From Candidatus Latescibacterota bacterium (lineage in GTDB: Bacteria > Latescibacterota > UBA2968 > GCA-2709665), in assembly GCA_965237675.1 (NCBI GenBank), contig OZ250150.1, forward strand, positions 4,416,001 through 4,480,000: a stretch of 64,000 nucleotides of DNA. Direction: 5' to 3'. Positions within the stretch are counted from its first letter, which is position 1; each line of letters begins with the position of its first letter. The notes under the pieces were generated by a model. That model did no database searches. It saw only the letters and a list, made by a program, of their open reading frames with translations, and had not been told where the DNA came from. This document shows positions 20,913 through 31,114 of this stretch, one piece after another. Made by a program: the position numbers and the translations under genes.

Positions 20913-21262
20913 GGCGAGACTCTGAGTGCTTCAGAGATGCTGCGCTGCCGCTCGCGCTCGGCGACAGCCTCGGCCCTTGCCGCGACGCGGTCGTACAACG
21001 CCTCTCTGGGCAGGTTGTCGGACATCCGCAACCCAATACCCTGTCTATCGAAGTCCGCGAGCACTTCCCGCAGCAGCCTGCACCGACGCTGATAGATGGT
21101 TTCAATAGACTCGGCACTGGCTTCGCCCCCCGCATCCGGCGCCGCTGCCAGATGTCTCAGGTAGTCTCGCACGAGGGCCGAAACCGATGTGTCCATCTCC
21201 GCCGCCCGGATACGGGCGAGCCGGTGGGTCTGTTCGTCGATGGATACGGTAATGTTTTTCAT
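20900..21262 (-). CDS. Ribbon-helix-helix antitoxin
   Basis: MKNITVSIDE..HRLARIRAA...SVSALVRDYL and REALYDR; overlaps the toxin start. Confidence 0.8.
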   Translation of the reverse strand: MKNITVSIDEQTHRLARIRAAEMDTSVSALVRDYLRHLAAAPDAGGEASAESIETIYQRRCRLLREVLADFDRQGIGLRMSDNLPREALYDRVAARAEAVAERERQRSISEALRVSPCDS

Positions 21263-21355
21263 GGCCACAGCCTCACAGTTTCTGGGTAGCACAGTTTAAG
21301 TGCTTTTGGGCCGATAGGCAACACCTGCGGCCGGGCGGCCGGCCATCCTGATCTT

Positions 21356-21384
21356 GTAGGGACAGGTTTCGAACCTTCCCCTAC
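21356..21384. repeat. Variant GTAG-type REP hairpin
   Basis: GTAGGGacaggtttcgaaccttCCCCTAC; same GTAGGG/CCCTAC feet as the other REPs, different core. Confidence 0.7.
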
Positions 21385-21399
21385 GATCGGACCCCGGAG

Positions 21400-21474
21400 G
21401 CGGTTGCAGCGATGGCCGACCAGGGCCGTGCAAATAGAACGCTCCAGCCCCTTCTCGCTGGTGTCGGTGGTCCG
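21400..21474 (-). pseudogene. hsdR: Remnant 5' end of a second hsdR allele
   Basis: Translates TTDTSEKGLERSICTALVGHRC versus HsdR N-terminus NTDTSERGLERLICTALTGQGC; start codon position reads CGG. Confidence 0.8.
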
Positions 21475-21476
21475 CG

Positions 21477-21812
21477 CTATGCTTCGCCTCTCATCGGGAT
21501 GGGGACTTCCCGGACTTCTCCGGGCTGAATCCCGTCAAGGACGGCGCGAATGTCCTCAATCCTTGGCTCGATGAGCGGCCACCGGTTCGCCCCAAGAACG
21601 ATCAGTGCGAAGCTACGGCTTCCGATGTTCTGTTGGTATGGCATGTTCCTGTCCGCAGTAATCACAACGCCATACCCTGCTTCTTCCGCCCGGTCCAGCA
21701 ATTCGCCATTGACAAGCGTTGCCCACCCGCGCTCTTCAGCCACGTCAACATCGTGGCCGACGAGGTGACGGCGAAGCTGCCGTGGCGCATTGTGGTCAAA
21801 CAGGATTCGCAT
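21477..21812 (-). CDS. DUF5615-type PIN-like toxin
   Basis: MRILFDHN, GW..L.NGELL..AE, ITADRNMPYQQN. Confidence 0.85.
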   Translation of the reverse strand: MRILFDHNAPRQLRRHLVGHDVDVAEERGWATLVNGELLDRAEEAGYGVVITADRNMPYQQNIGSRSFALIVLGANRWPLIEPRIEDIRAVLDGIQPGEVREVPIPMRGEA

Positions 21813-22044
21813 GCGAGACCCTGGCGACCTTGGCATCAAGGTCTTGCACTACGAATTCCAGAACCGCCCGCACCTTTGCTTCGTCTACCCCGCCGAACCA
21901 TTCGATAAAGTCGTGGACCGTTGCGCCCTCCGCAAGGTTGCCGAAAAGGGCCGACACAGGCAGCCGGGTCCCGGTGAACACCCAGGCCCCGCTCACCCTG
22001 CCAGGCACGCTCTCCACCTCCGGGCACTTGCTCCAGTCCGTCAT
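21796..22044 (-). CDS. DUF433 family antitoxin
   Basis: PGRVSGAWVFTGTRLPV..LF.NL..GA...F..WF; GGAGG RBS; overlaps the toxin gene. Confidence 0.9.
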   Translation of the reverse strand: MTDWSKCPEVESVPGRVSGAWVFTGTRLPVSALFGNLAEGATVHDFIEWFGGVDEAKVRAVLEFVVQDLDAKVARVSHANPV

Positions 22045-22074
22045 ACGGTCACCTCCTTTTCGATTGTGTGCTCT

Positions 22075-23370
22075 TCAGCCGATTCTTCGGCGTCCGCCGG
22101 GGACGTCGTTTTCAGGCAGTTCATCCGCCGCCTCGCGCACATCGAGCTTGCCACTGACGACATCGGAAATCAGGCGTGCGCGGTATTCATTAAGCAGTCT
22201 TTTAGAGTCTTCGGCCTGTTGGCGCACCAATTTCTCGCGTTGCAGCATTTCTACTATTTCCACTTGATGGCGAAGAGGCGGAAGAGGTATCTTCTCTTTC
22301 AGAAGGGTTTTAGCATTAAGCGGCCTGTTCCTTCCCGCGGCACCTCTCGAATGGTGATCAAGTAGAAGCTGACCCCAGTCCGTCTGAAAAAAGGCCAGCA
22401 AGAATCCTGAATCCAAGACATTCTGCCTACCCTGTAGTATCGGATAACGGTGACTTGCAACGCACCCAGACTCAGTCTCACCTGCCAGAGCGATTGCCCC
22501 TTCCCAAGCAAACTGCCCGCTGAGAACCAAGTCACCTTTTTCGATCCAAAAGAAATCGGAATCTCCCAATTCACCGCCGTTTCGAGGTTCCTTTTTAAAG
22601 ATCCCTCGTCCTCGATTGTAAAGACCAATCGGGGTGTATGTGTCGGCGGCCACACGGTGAACCGGCCTTTCGACCAAGTCTGCAACGACCTCGATCTTAT
22701 TTGAGGTAACACTTCGAGATTGAATCACTTCTTGTGTTGCAGCCTTACGTTGCTCCTCCAGCAGCGAAATCAGCTTCTGCTTGGAGCGGATATAGCGCCG
22801 GATGCGCCGGTCGGCGTGGTCGAGGAAGCGGACGATGGCGGCTTGTTCGGGGAGGGGTGGGACGAGAGCTTCAAGGCGGTAGAGGTCATCTGTGTAAAGG
22901 CGAAGTCGACTTTCTACTATTCCTGTGGAGACAGACCTGATTCGTGTCTTGTAAATTGGCGAACGAAAAAGATGGTGGTAGTACCACGGGTGAGATTTTC
23001 TCTTAAACCGATAAACACAGTAAGCGGGGCTTGTAATACCGCGGAACTGTGAAACGCCCATGCTGCCATTCCATGCGAGCATAATATTTACTATGAGGTC
23101 ATTGGGCTCGACAGACTTGTAGCCGACCAGTGATGCTGCCCGAGTATCCGGATCGTCCGCATCGCCGGTCGGGCTCCGCAGGGTAACACCGGTATACTGA
23201 GAAACGCGAAGCAATTCCTCGTTTCCATCAGTTGAGCGGGTGTCGCATTCGTTCAGTAGGTACTTCACTCTCCGAATATCCCAATGCGCCGGCACGTAGC
23301 CGAGCCATTCTACACCGGAGTCCTTCATTTCCGGATACGGTGTCTGTGCGCGGGTGGTGGGTAACTTCAT
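22075..23370 (-). CDS. hsdS: Type I R-M specificity subunit S
   Basis: PYPEMKDSGVEWLGYVPAHW, two TRDs, PPLPEQAAIVRFLD and EYRARLISDVVSGKLDVRE conserved helices. Confidence 0.93.
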   Translation of the reverse strand: MKLPTTRAQTPYPEMKDSGVEWLGYVPAHWDIRRVKYLLNECDTRSTDGNEELLRVSQYTGVTLRSPTGDADDPDTRAASLVGYKSVEPNDLIVNIMLAWNGSMGVSQFRGITSPAYCVYRFKRKSHPWYYHHLFRSPIYKTRIRSVSTGIVESRLRLYTDDLYRLEALVPPLPEQAAIVRFLDHADRRIRRYIRSKQKLISLLEEQRKAATQEVIQSRSVTSNKIEVVADLVERPVHRVAADTYTPIGLYNRGRGIFKKEPRNGGELGDSDFFWIEKGDLVLSGQFAWEGAIALAGETESGCVASHRYPILQGRQNVLDSGFLLAFFQTDWGQLLLDHHSRGAAGRNRPLNAKTLLKEKIPLPPLRHQVEIVEMLQREKLVRQQAEDSKRLLNEYRARLISDVVSGKLDVREAADELPENDVPGGRRRIG

Positions 23371-23582
23371 ACGTAGAGAACCTCATCGCGGGCGCAGTAC
23401 AGTCGAGTCGACTTGGGCCGGAGCAGGGAGTCCTCCAAATGGCAGGGCACCGCGTTTCGCGCCATGGCCTGAAGCGTTTTCCAGTCTTCTCGCTGGGTGA
23501 AGATGCTGTGTCCGAACGACCTACCTCGGTACCCGTCCTCGCAAGCTTCCGTTACTTCGAGGATGATTTCGCTAGATTACAT
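23367..23582 (-). pseudogene. Degenerate hicB-like antitoxin, repeat copy R4
   Basis: ATG-TAA then SSEIILEVTEACEDGYRGRSFGHSIFTQREDW...DEVLYV-stop; its TGA overlaps the ATG of MKLP (hsdS start). Confidence 0.75.
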
Positions 23583-23620
23583 CGAACAATACTACACCTG
23601 CGATGCTGAGTCAGCGGCCG

Positions 23621-24451
23621 TCAGGCGGTCGTATCCGAGTACGGGCTCGGCGGTAGTGGAGGGTGCCGTGGATCCTCCCACGGTGCGTAGAACCACATAT
23701 CCTGCTTCGCTGATGGCGGAGTGGTCTGGAATCGGCTAACCAAGACGATCTTGCTCAACCGCACCGTGTCCGAACATTCACGGACGCTCGCCTCGATCCT
23801 GCTCCTCTCGTCCACGGATAGGATTTGGTGAATTGGAGCAATCACGATCTCATCGTCGAAGACCAGCCACCACTGACGGTAGCGACAGGCTCTCTCGCTC
23901 TTTCGAATCTTCTCCACTTTCTCCTTTACGCAAGCGACTATTCGTTCGGTTAGGGTGGGCACGACTACGGACCCTACGTCGCGACTAACCCCCGAAAAAG
24001 ATCCCTCATTGGTCGCTGGATCCAACGTCAAAACCACGCCCCGTCTACGTATATCTTCCTCTGGCAACAGCTGAAACTCACCTCCGATTGCACTTTCGAG
24101 TGCGTCACGGACACGTTCCTTCCAAGTGGGATCGTTGCTTGATGGTGGCCGCGGTACTCTGGGATCGTATTCACATCGTGCGTGCCACCGCTGATCGCCT
24201 TCCTTTGACGCCTCTTTGATCAATCGTTTGAGTTCACGTTCGAATGCCGTCTCCTTTGTCCTCCCCCACCCTTCCGTGTTATGAAGGAGAGTTACCTCAA
24301 CACCAATCGTGGTACCCTCGTACTGGATTTTCCAGTCCGGGGGGCCGTCTCCATCGCGACCGACATACTTTTTCGTAGCCCTGATCTGATCGAGCCATTC
24401 CCCAATCGAAATCTCACTACCCTTTGGACAGTTCATCGGCTTCTTTGCCAT
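23621..24451 (-). CDS. Hypothetical protein, putative PD-(D/E)xK-like nuclease
   Basis: PPDW....GTTIGVEVT near the N-terminus and K..K...Y..WWLVFDD near the C-terminus; GAGG RBS; lower GC than flanks. Confidence 0.55.
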   Translation of the reverse strand: MAKKPMNCPKGSEISIGEWLDQIRATKKYVGRDGDGPPDWKIQYEGTTIGVEVTLLHNTEGWGRTKETAFERELKRLIKEASKEGDQRWHARCEYDPRVPRPPSSNDPTWKERVRDALESAIGGEFQLLPEEDIRRRGVVLTLDPATNEGSFSGVSRDVGSVVVPTLTERIVACVKEKVEKIRKSERACRYRQWWLVFDDEIVIAPIHQILSVDERSRIEASVRECSDTVRLSKIVLVSRFQTTPPSAKQDMWFYAPWEDPRHPPLPPSPYSDTTA

Positions 24452-24474
24452 CTACATCCTCTGCACTGAATAGA

Positions 24475-24535
24475 ACGCATTTTAACCCACCGTCGACGTC
24501 TTCTTCGGCGACCACAAAGATGAACGCTATTTGGC
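24475..24535 (-). pseudogene. Partial hicB-like 5' remnant, repeat copy R3
   Basis: Translates IAFIFVVAEEDVDGGLNA, resembling the EIIFEVTEAVEGGYDA start of the other copies; preceded by GAGG. Confidence 0.45.
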
Positions 24536-24582
24536 CCCTATCCTCTGGATTTCGCCCAGACACTTACGCAACCCAACGACGT

Positions 24583-25632
24583 TCATTCCGCAGGCTCTTC
24601 AGTGACAAGCATCCAGACTTGCTTCATGGGTAGCTCCGCCTGAATCTCCGCCGGGAGACGCACGTAATTCCGATAGATGGCCTGTACGAGATCTCTGCTG
24701 TCCCACAAACGCACCGTAAAATGGCTTTGCTTCGATTCCAGTTGAACTACCTTGTTGAACCCGCCCCAACAGACGAGCAACCCCTGTTCAGCCTTGAACG
24801 TCTGCATCGTCCCAAGCAACGTTCGGTATACCGTTACATCAGCGGGACTATTCTGCGACTTGACCTGCACACACAAGCGAGGGCTGTCCAGACCAAGCGA
24901 GCCACGACCCGCGAGAATGTCCACGCCCCCATCAGGCCCTGGCGGTGAGACTCTCGTGACCCAGCCATCGACTTTTAGCACGGCATCTACTAACCATGTC
25001 AGGGCGTGCTCGGTGAACCGTGACTGAAGCCGGGCAACAATCTGATCATGCGCCATCTGTGTCAGATCCGGAATCGCATCGGTCTGATCTGCCGTTTGCT
25101 CCGATGGCTCTATCGGTGTTTGTGAAGTAGACGGGCCAGGGTCCGGCTTCCCTTCGAGAACCGCCACGACGCGTCGTGCAGCATCATTCCGGGAGATGTT
25201 GCAGACTGTCATAAATGCACCGAATGAATAGAGTAGATCCTGCTCGAACGTGGTACGCGGCACATCGGGCAGTTTCCATTCAACGGGCCGAATGTGACGT
25301 TCTATTGAGTCCACCTGGTCGTATCGATAAGGTCCCGTGACCCGGCCGATAGCAATCTGCGACGTGAGCTTGCGTGGTAGGACGACTATGTCACCTTCCT
25401 GCATTGCCAACACGAACGCCCAGAGCTGTCCTGCGAGATTACCCACGGCACGCGGCTTCCGTCCGGGCAACGCTTCGCTGACCTGCTTGAAAACCTCATC
25501 ATAGTCTTTCATTCCTTCGAGAGACGGTACGTCCCGAAAACCGATAATCGCGACGTTGTTGGTTAGGGCGTAGTCCTCCTCTTCACCATTCCGACCTGCC
25601 CTGACGAGATATACCTTCGGGGTACTGTTCAT
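24583..25632 (-). CDS. Mrr-like (Type IV) restriction endonuclease with N-terminal EVE/PUA-like domain
   Basis: VYLVRAG N-terminus, GDIVVLP, and PPGPDGGVDILA..CVQVKS Mrr_cat motif. Confidence 0.85.
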   Translation of the reverse strand: MNSTPKVYLVRAGRNGEEEDYALTNNVAIIGFRDVPSLEGMKDYDEVFKQVSEALPGRKPRAVGNLAGQLWAFVLAMQEGDIVVLPRKLTSQIAIGRVTGPYRYDQVDSIERHIRPVEWKLPDVPRTTFEQDLLYSFGAFMTVCNISRNDAARRVVAVLEGKPDPGPSTSQTPIEPSEQTADQTDAIPDLTQMAHDQIVARLQSRFTEHALTWLVDAVLKVDGWVTRVSPPGPDGGVDILAGRGSLGLDSPRLCVQVKSQNSPADVTVYRTLLGTMQTFKAEQGLLVCWGGFNKVVQLESKQSHFTVRLWDSRDLVQAIYRNYVRLPAEIQAELPMKQVWMLVTEEPAE

Positions 25633-25682
25633 TGTCTAATCTCCGACTTGACGCATTCGAACTTCTTTTTGGCGAGGTAGCA

Positions 25683-25895
25683 ACATACTGCGATGGCCTC
25701 GACTCTGACGAGATGCAGTGTGATCACTCGTGGCATGTTCTCGACGTCGAAATGACAGAGCACCGCGCCTCGGGCCATGGCGTTTTGGTCGTTCCAGTCT
25801 TCACCCTGCGTGAAGATGCTGTGCCCGAGCGCTCTGGAGTCGAATCTGCCTTCAACCGCTTCGGTTACCTCGAAGATGATCTCGCTCGGTCTGAT
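25683..25895 (-). pseudogene. Degenerate hicB-like antitoxin, repeat copy R2
   Basis: GGAGG then ATC in place of ATG; RPSEIIFEVTEAVEGRFDSRALGHSIFTQGEDW...LHLVRVEAIAV; stop position reads TGT; followed by MLLPRQ. Confidence 0.8.
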
Positions 25896-26116
25896 CTGCT
25901 TATCCTCCGTGTGTCCAGACCGTCCTTTGCGATAGGATTCTTCGGGTCCCCCGACCATCTACCCGGGTGATCCGCGATGTATTGACGAATACGATCCAGC
26001 GCGGATTCGTTCCGGATAACGTGTTCGTAGTAATTGCGCTGCCACACCGATGCACCGGGCGTACCACGCATGGTGTTGATGCGTTTGGTTGCGGCGGATT
26101 TGAATCCGGCCATCAT
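25865..26116 (-). CDS. Duplicated C-terminal half of the RAYT (possible pseudogene)
   Basis: MMAGFKSAATKRIN...WQRNYYEHVIR...IRQYIADHP.RW, near-identical to the RAYT C-terminus; ATGA overlap with the RAYT stop. Confidence 0.6.
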   Translation of the reverse strand: MMAGFKSAATKRINTMRGTPGASVWQRNYYEHVIRNESALDRIRQYIADHPGRWSGDPKNPIAKDGLDTRRISRSDRARSSSR

Positions 26117-26148
26117 CGCGCCAAGTGACCCAGGTCGTAACGCGCTAC

Positions 26149-26172
26149 GGGCGACCGGCCGGTCGCCCCTAC
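26149..26172. repeat. GTAG-type REP in RAYT 3' end
   Basis: gggcgaccggccggtcgcccctac; read as VGATGRSP. Confidence 0.9.
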
Positions 26173-26416
26173 GCCGATTGGATCCTGGCGGTCACAAACG
26201 AAAGGATTCTCCCGGTCTTCCGGCCATCTGGCCGGGTTATCCGCGATGTATTGCCGAATCCGATCCAGCGTGGATTCGTACCGGATAACGTGTTCGTAGT
26301 AATTGCGCTGCCAGATCGATACACCGGGCGTGCCACGCATGGTGTTGATGCGTTTGGTTGCGGCAGATTTGAATCCGGCCATCATCGCGCCGAGTGACCT
26401 GGGTCGTGGTCCGCTG

Positions 26417-26441
26417 GGGGCGACCGGCCGGTCGCCCCTAC
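26417..26441. repeat. GTAG-type REP inside RAYT, just after the HUH motif
   Basis: ggggcgaccggccggtcgcccctac; read as CRGDRPVAP. Confidence 0.9.
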
Positions 26442-26723
26442 AGAGGTCGTCGGTAATAATGACGATACCATGAACATGGTTTGGCATTAGAACCCAAGCG
26501 TCCAGTTCGATCTCGATGCGGATCCGTGCAGATTTTAGCCATTCCTCTGCGGCTATCCGGCCCAATTCGTTCAGTTCCACCTTACCATCATTCACTTCGC
26601 CAAACAATAGTTCCTGGCCCGTTGTGCAGACGGTGATAAAGTATGCGCCTGATCGTGAATAGTCGTAGTTGCGCAATCGGACCGACCGACGGTGATGTTT
26701 CTCCGGATCGTAAGCGGGGTTCA

Positions 26724-28688
<1,965 letters not shown>

Positions 28689-28733
28689 CGTTGTATTGCT
28701 CCTCGAAATAGGACTACGAGTCGTTCGGCAGTT

Positions 28734-28946
28734 TCACGCCGTGATGGCCTCTTCTTTAACGAGATGAAGGCGAATCACCCCTGGGGCGCCGCCTTCGTCG
28801 AAATAACATCGCACCGCATCTCGAACCATGCCCTTCAGGTCGTCCCAATCGTCCCCCTGTGTGAAGATGTCTTATCCAAGCGCCCTGGCATCGTATCTAC
28901 CTCCCACCGCCTCGGTTACCTCGAAGACAATTTCCTCTGGTCTCGC
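28734..28946 (-). pseudogene. Degenerate hicB-like antitoxin, repeat copy R1
   Basis: GCG in place of ATG; RPEEIVFEVTEAVGGRYDARALG*DIFTQGDDWDDLKGMVRDAV...LHLVKEEAITA-stop, with internal TAA at 28872-28874; followed by GTG-KLPNDS*. Confidence 0.8.
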
Positions 28947-28991
28947 CCCCGGTTCCCTCTCTATCAGGCCCCGGCGCCCGGGCGCCCACGG

Positions 28992-29213
28992 TCAAACCGT
29001 AACCATGTAGTGGTTCACCACGACCGACTCCGCGGCCTGATCATCATCCCGCTCAAGCTCGTCGAGATACATCCTGATCGCGTCGGCGACCAGGTCACGC
29101 ACCTCTTCCTCCGTTTTCCCCGCCACGCCAACGCCGGGAAGTTCCGGAACATACGCCCCATACGCGCGGGGTCCATATTTCTCTACAATGACCAGATACT
29201 CAGCCTGCGCCAT
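28992..29213 (-). CDS. hicB: HicB family antitoxin (orphan)
   Basis: YLVIVEK....YGAYVPELPG....GKT.EE......AI..YL; GGAGG RBS. Confidence 0.85.
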   Translation of the reverse strand: MAQAEYLVIVEKYGPRAYGAYVPELPGVGVAGKTEEEVRDLVADAIRMYLDELERDDDQAAESVVVNHYMVTV

Positions 29214-29229
29214 CTCCAACCTCCGTGTC

Positions 29230-29275
29230 GTTCTCTTTCAAACCGGCCTGTTTGAGCACCTGGCTAAGCGTGAAC
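29230..29275 (-). pseudogene. 3' remnant of a hicA toxin gene
   Basis: Translates TLSQVLKQAGLK, the typical HicA C-terminus, directly upstream of hicB. Confidence 0.55.
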
Positions 29276-29294
29276 ATGAATATCTCCGCTGGAC

Positions 29295-30464
29295 TCACCC
29301 CCGATTCCCTCCCCCCCACGCGGACGTGAACTGCTCGCCCTCAACGAACCGGCTGGGACGAAACGGGTGCAGATCGAACGCCGGCGTCAGGCCGAGAATC
29401 ACGTCGCTCAACGAATCGGCAATCGGCGGTCCCAGTTTGAACCCGTGCCCACTCCCCCCGAAAAAGGCATAATACCCCTCCAGACCCGGCTCGGATCCCA
29501 CCAGCGGATGCCAGTCGTCCGTAATCGTGTACACCGACGCCCAGCCCTTGACGTATTCGCCCTGCCTGAACCCCGGCACTCGTTCATAGGTCCCCTCTTC
29601 GATGCGGCAGCGTGTCGCCTCATCCAATACAGGGTCGTAGGCGTCGATGTCCATCGGCTCCACCTCTTTGGGAAAACTCAAGCCCGCCAGTAAACCGTCA
29701 TCGCCATCAGGACGAAAATAGACCCGCAAATTGGGATCGGAGACCACGGGAAACCGCCCGAACCCCTCGGGAAGGCGCAATACCAGATCGCTCTCCCGGC
29801 TCCATCGCACCGAATAATTCAACCCGGCGGACAATCCCATCCGGCGTCCCCACGGGCCGGCGGCATTAATTACAATACCCGCTGCAACCTCCCCCGCGTC
29901 GGTCTCCACCCCGACCACCCGGTCTCCGGCCATGCGAATCCGCTTCGCACCCACACCCTCATAACAGACCAGCCCCCACTCCTTCGCGCGCGTGACCAGG
30001 TTCCGAACCGTCTTGACGGGGTCCGCGTAACCGGAAGCCGGCTCATAGATCCCGGCGTCGATCCCTCCGGTATTCACCCCGGGGACAAGCTCCCGGATTT
30101 CATCCGTGCCCACCTCCACGGCCTGTGTCTGGTTCCGCTGCTCCGCCTCCAGCACCGCTCGTCCGGCCTCCGCCGTCTGCTCGCCCAGAAGGCAGATGTA
30201 TCCTGTATTGCGAAAGTCACAGTCTCCCCCCAGCGCCTCTTCCCCATTCGCAAACATCTCCAGCGCCTTCATCGACAATTGGATGGTGAGGTCATTCGTG
30301 TAGAACGTACGGATTACGGCGGCCGAATGGCCCGTGCTCACGGCGGCCAACGACCGATTCTCCACGAGAACGACGGCGCCAAGCCCCTTCTTTGCCAGAA
30401 AATGGGCTATGCTGGCTCCCATAATGCCGCCACCGATCACCACGGCGTCCGCCGATTTCAACAT
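29295..30464 (-). CDS. FAD-dependent oxidoreductase (DAO/sarcosine oxidase beta-like)
   Basis: VIGGGIMG, GYADP, INAAGPW, GGSGHGFKLGP. Confidence 0.9.
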   Translation of the reverse strand: MLKSADAVVIGGGIMGASIAHFLAKKGLGAVVLVENRSLAAVSTGHSAAVIRTFYTNDLTIQLSMKALEMFANGEEALGGDCDFRNTGYICLLGEQTAEAGRAVLEAEQRNQTQAVEVGTDEIRELVPGVNTGGIDAGIYEPASGYADPVKTVRNLVTRAKEWGLVCYEGVGAKRIRMAGDRVVGVETDAGEVAAGIVINAAGPWGRRMGLSAGLNYSVRWSRESDLVLRLPEGFGRFPVVSDPNLRVYFRPDGDDGLLAGLSFPKEVEPMDIDAYDPVLDEATRCRIEEGTYERVPGFRQGEYVKGWASVYTITDDWHPLVGSEPGLEGYYAFFGGSGHGFKLGPPIADSLSDVILGLTPAFDLHPFRPSRFVEGEQFTSAWGGGNRG

Positions 30465-30665
30465 CAATATTCCTCCCGCGACAGCCAATCGAATCTCGTA
30501 GAAGCCGCTTTTTCTCCTGCGGCATGATCAGCCATGGTGTCGCTCAATATTCACCCGTTGAAAACGCTTTCTGCCTTATTGCCCTGGCCTTCAGCACGCC
30601 TGCGGTTTGAACGCCAGGGACACCTGCTGTTTTTGACCCTGTGTGCAATCCCCCGGCGAGACCGG

Positions 30666-31067
30666 TCAGACCTTCACGAAGATCATCGTGACGGCCTGGC
30701 TGCCGATTACGGACGTCAATGTCAGCTCATTCCCGTTCACTAATGCATCGGCGCCGGTAACGCCCAATGTGTCCTGGTCTTCGAACACGAGGCTTGCGCC
30801 TTCCACAGCGTACACTCCAGCCGAGTACCTATCGTTGAGCCCGAGCGTAGGTGCACTGACGCTCAGCGTGAAGGCGCCCGTGGTGGTCAGAACAAGCGTT
30901 CCGGTTGCATCTGGTGGACCTAGTGTAACGGAGCTCGATTCGTTCGTCACTCGAATCTCTCTCAGCGTATAGGTTCCTGCCAGCGTATCGTAATTCAGTG
31001 GATTGTCATCTCCGCACGCTACCGCAAGCAGCGCCAGGACAATTGAAACTCCCGAAAACGTTCTCAT
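30666..31067 (-). CDS. Lipoprotein, lipocalin-like beta protein
   Basis: Lipobox LAVAC, LAGTYTL motif, beta-rich; GGAGG RBS. Confidence 0.7.
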   Translation of the reverse strand: MRTFSGVSIVLALLAVACGDDNPLNYDTLAGTYTLREIRVTNESSSVTLGPPDATGTLVLTTTGAFTLSVSAPTLGLNDRYSAGVYAVEGASLVFEDQDTLGVTGADALVNGNELTLTSVIGSQAVTMIFVKV

Positions 31068-31114
31068 TCGTGCACCTCCGGAACCGGTTCGGGCCTCGCG
31101 AGTCTGAGGCGTCT

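Larger units (their letters stand above)
25910..26441. repeat. Tandem duplication, 269-bp period, each unit headed by a REP
   Basis: gaatccggccatcatcgcgcc at 26102 and 26371; REP ends at 26172 and 26441; aggattc at 25934 and 26203. Confidence 0.9.

Noticed and set aside
22075-23370. Invertible hsdS shufflon
   Set aside because: Only one hsdS, no silent TRD copies, no flanking inverted repeats and no recombinase seen.
25910-26441. DGR template/variable repeat pair
   Set aside because: No reverse transcriptase in the window, and differences between copies are not adenine-restricted.
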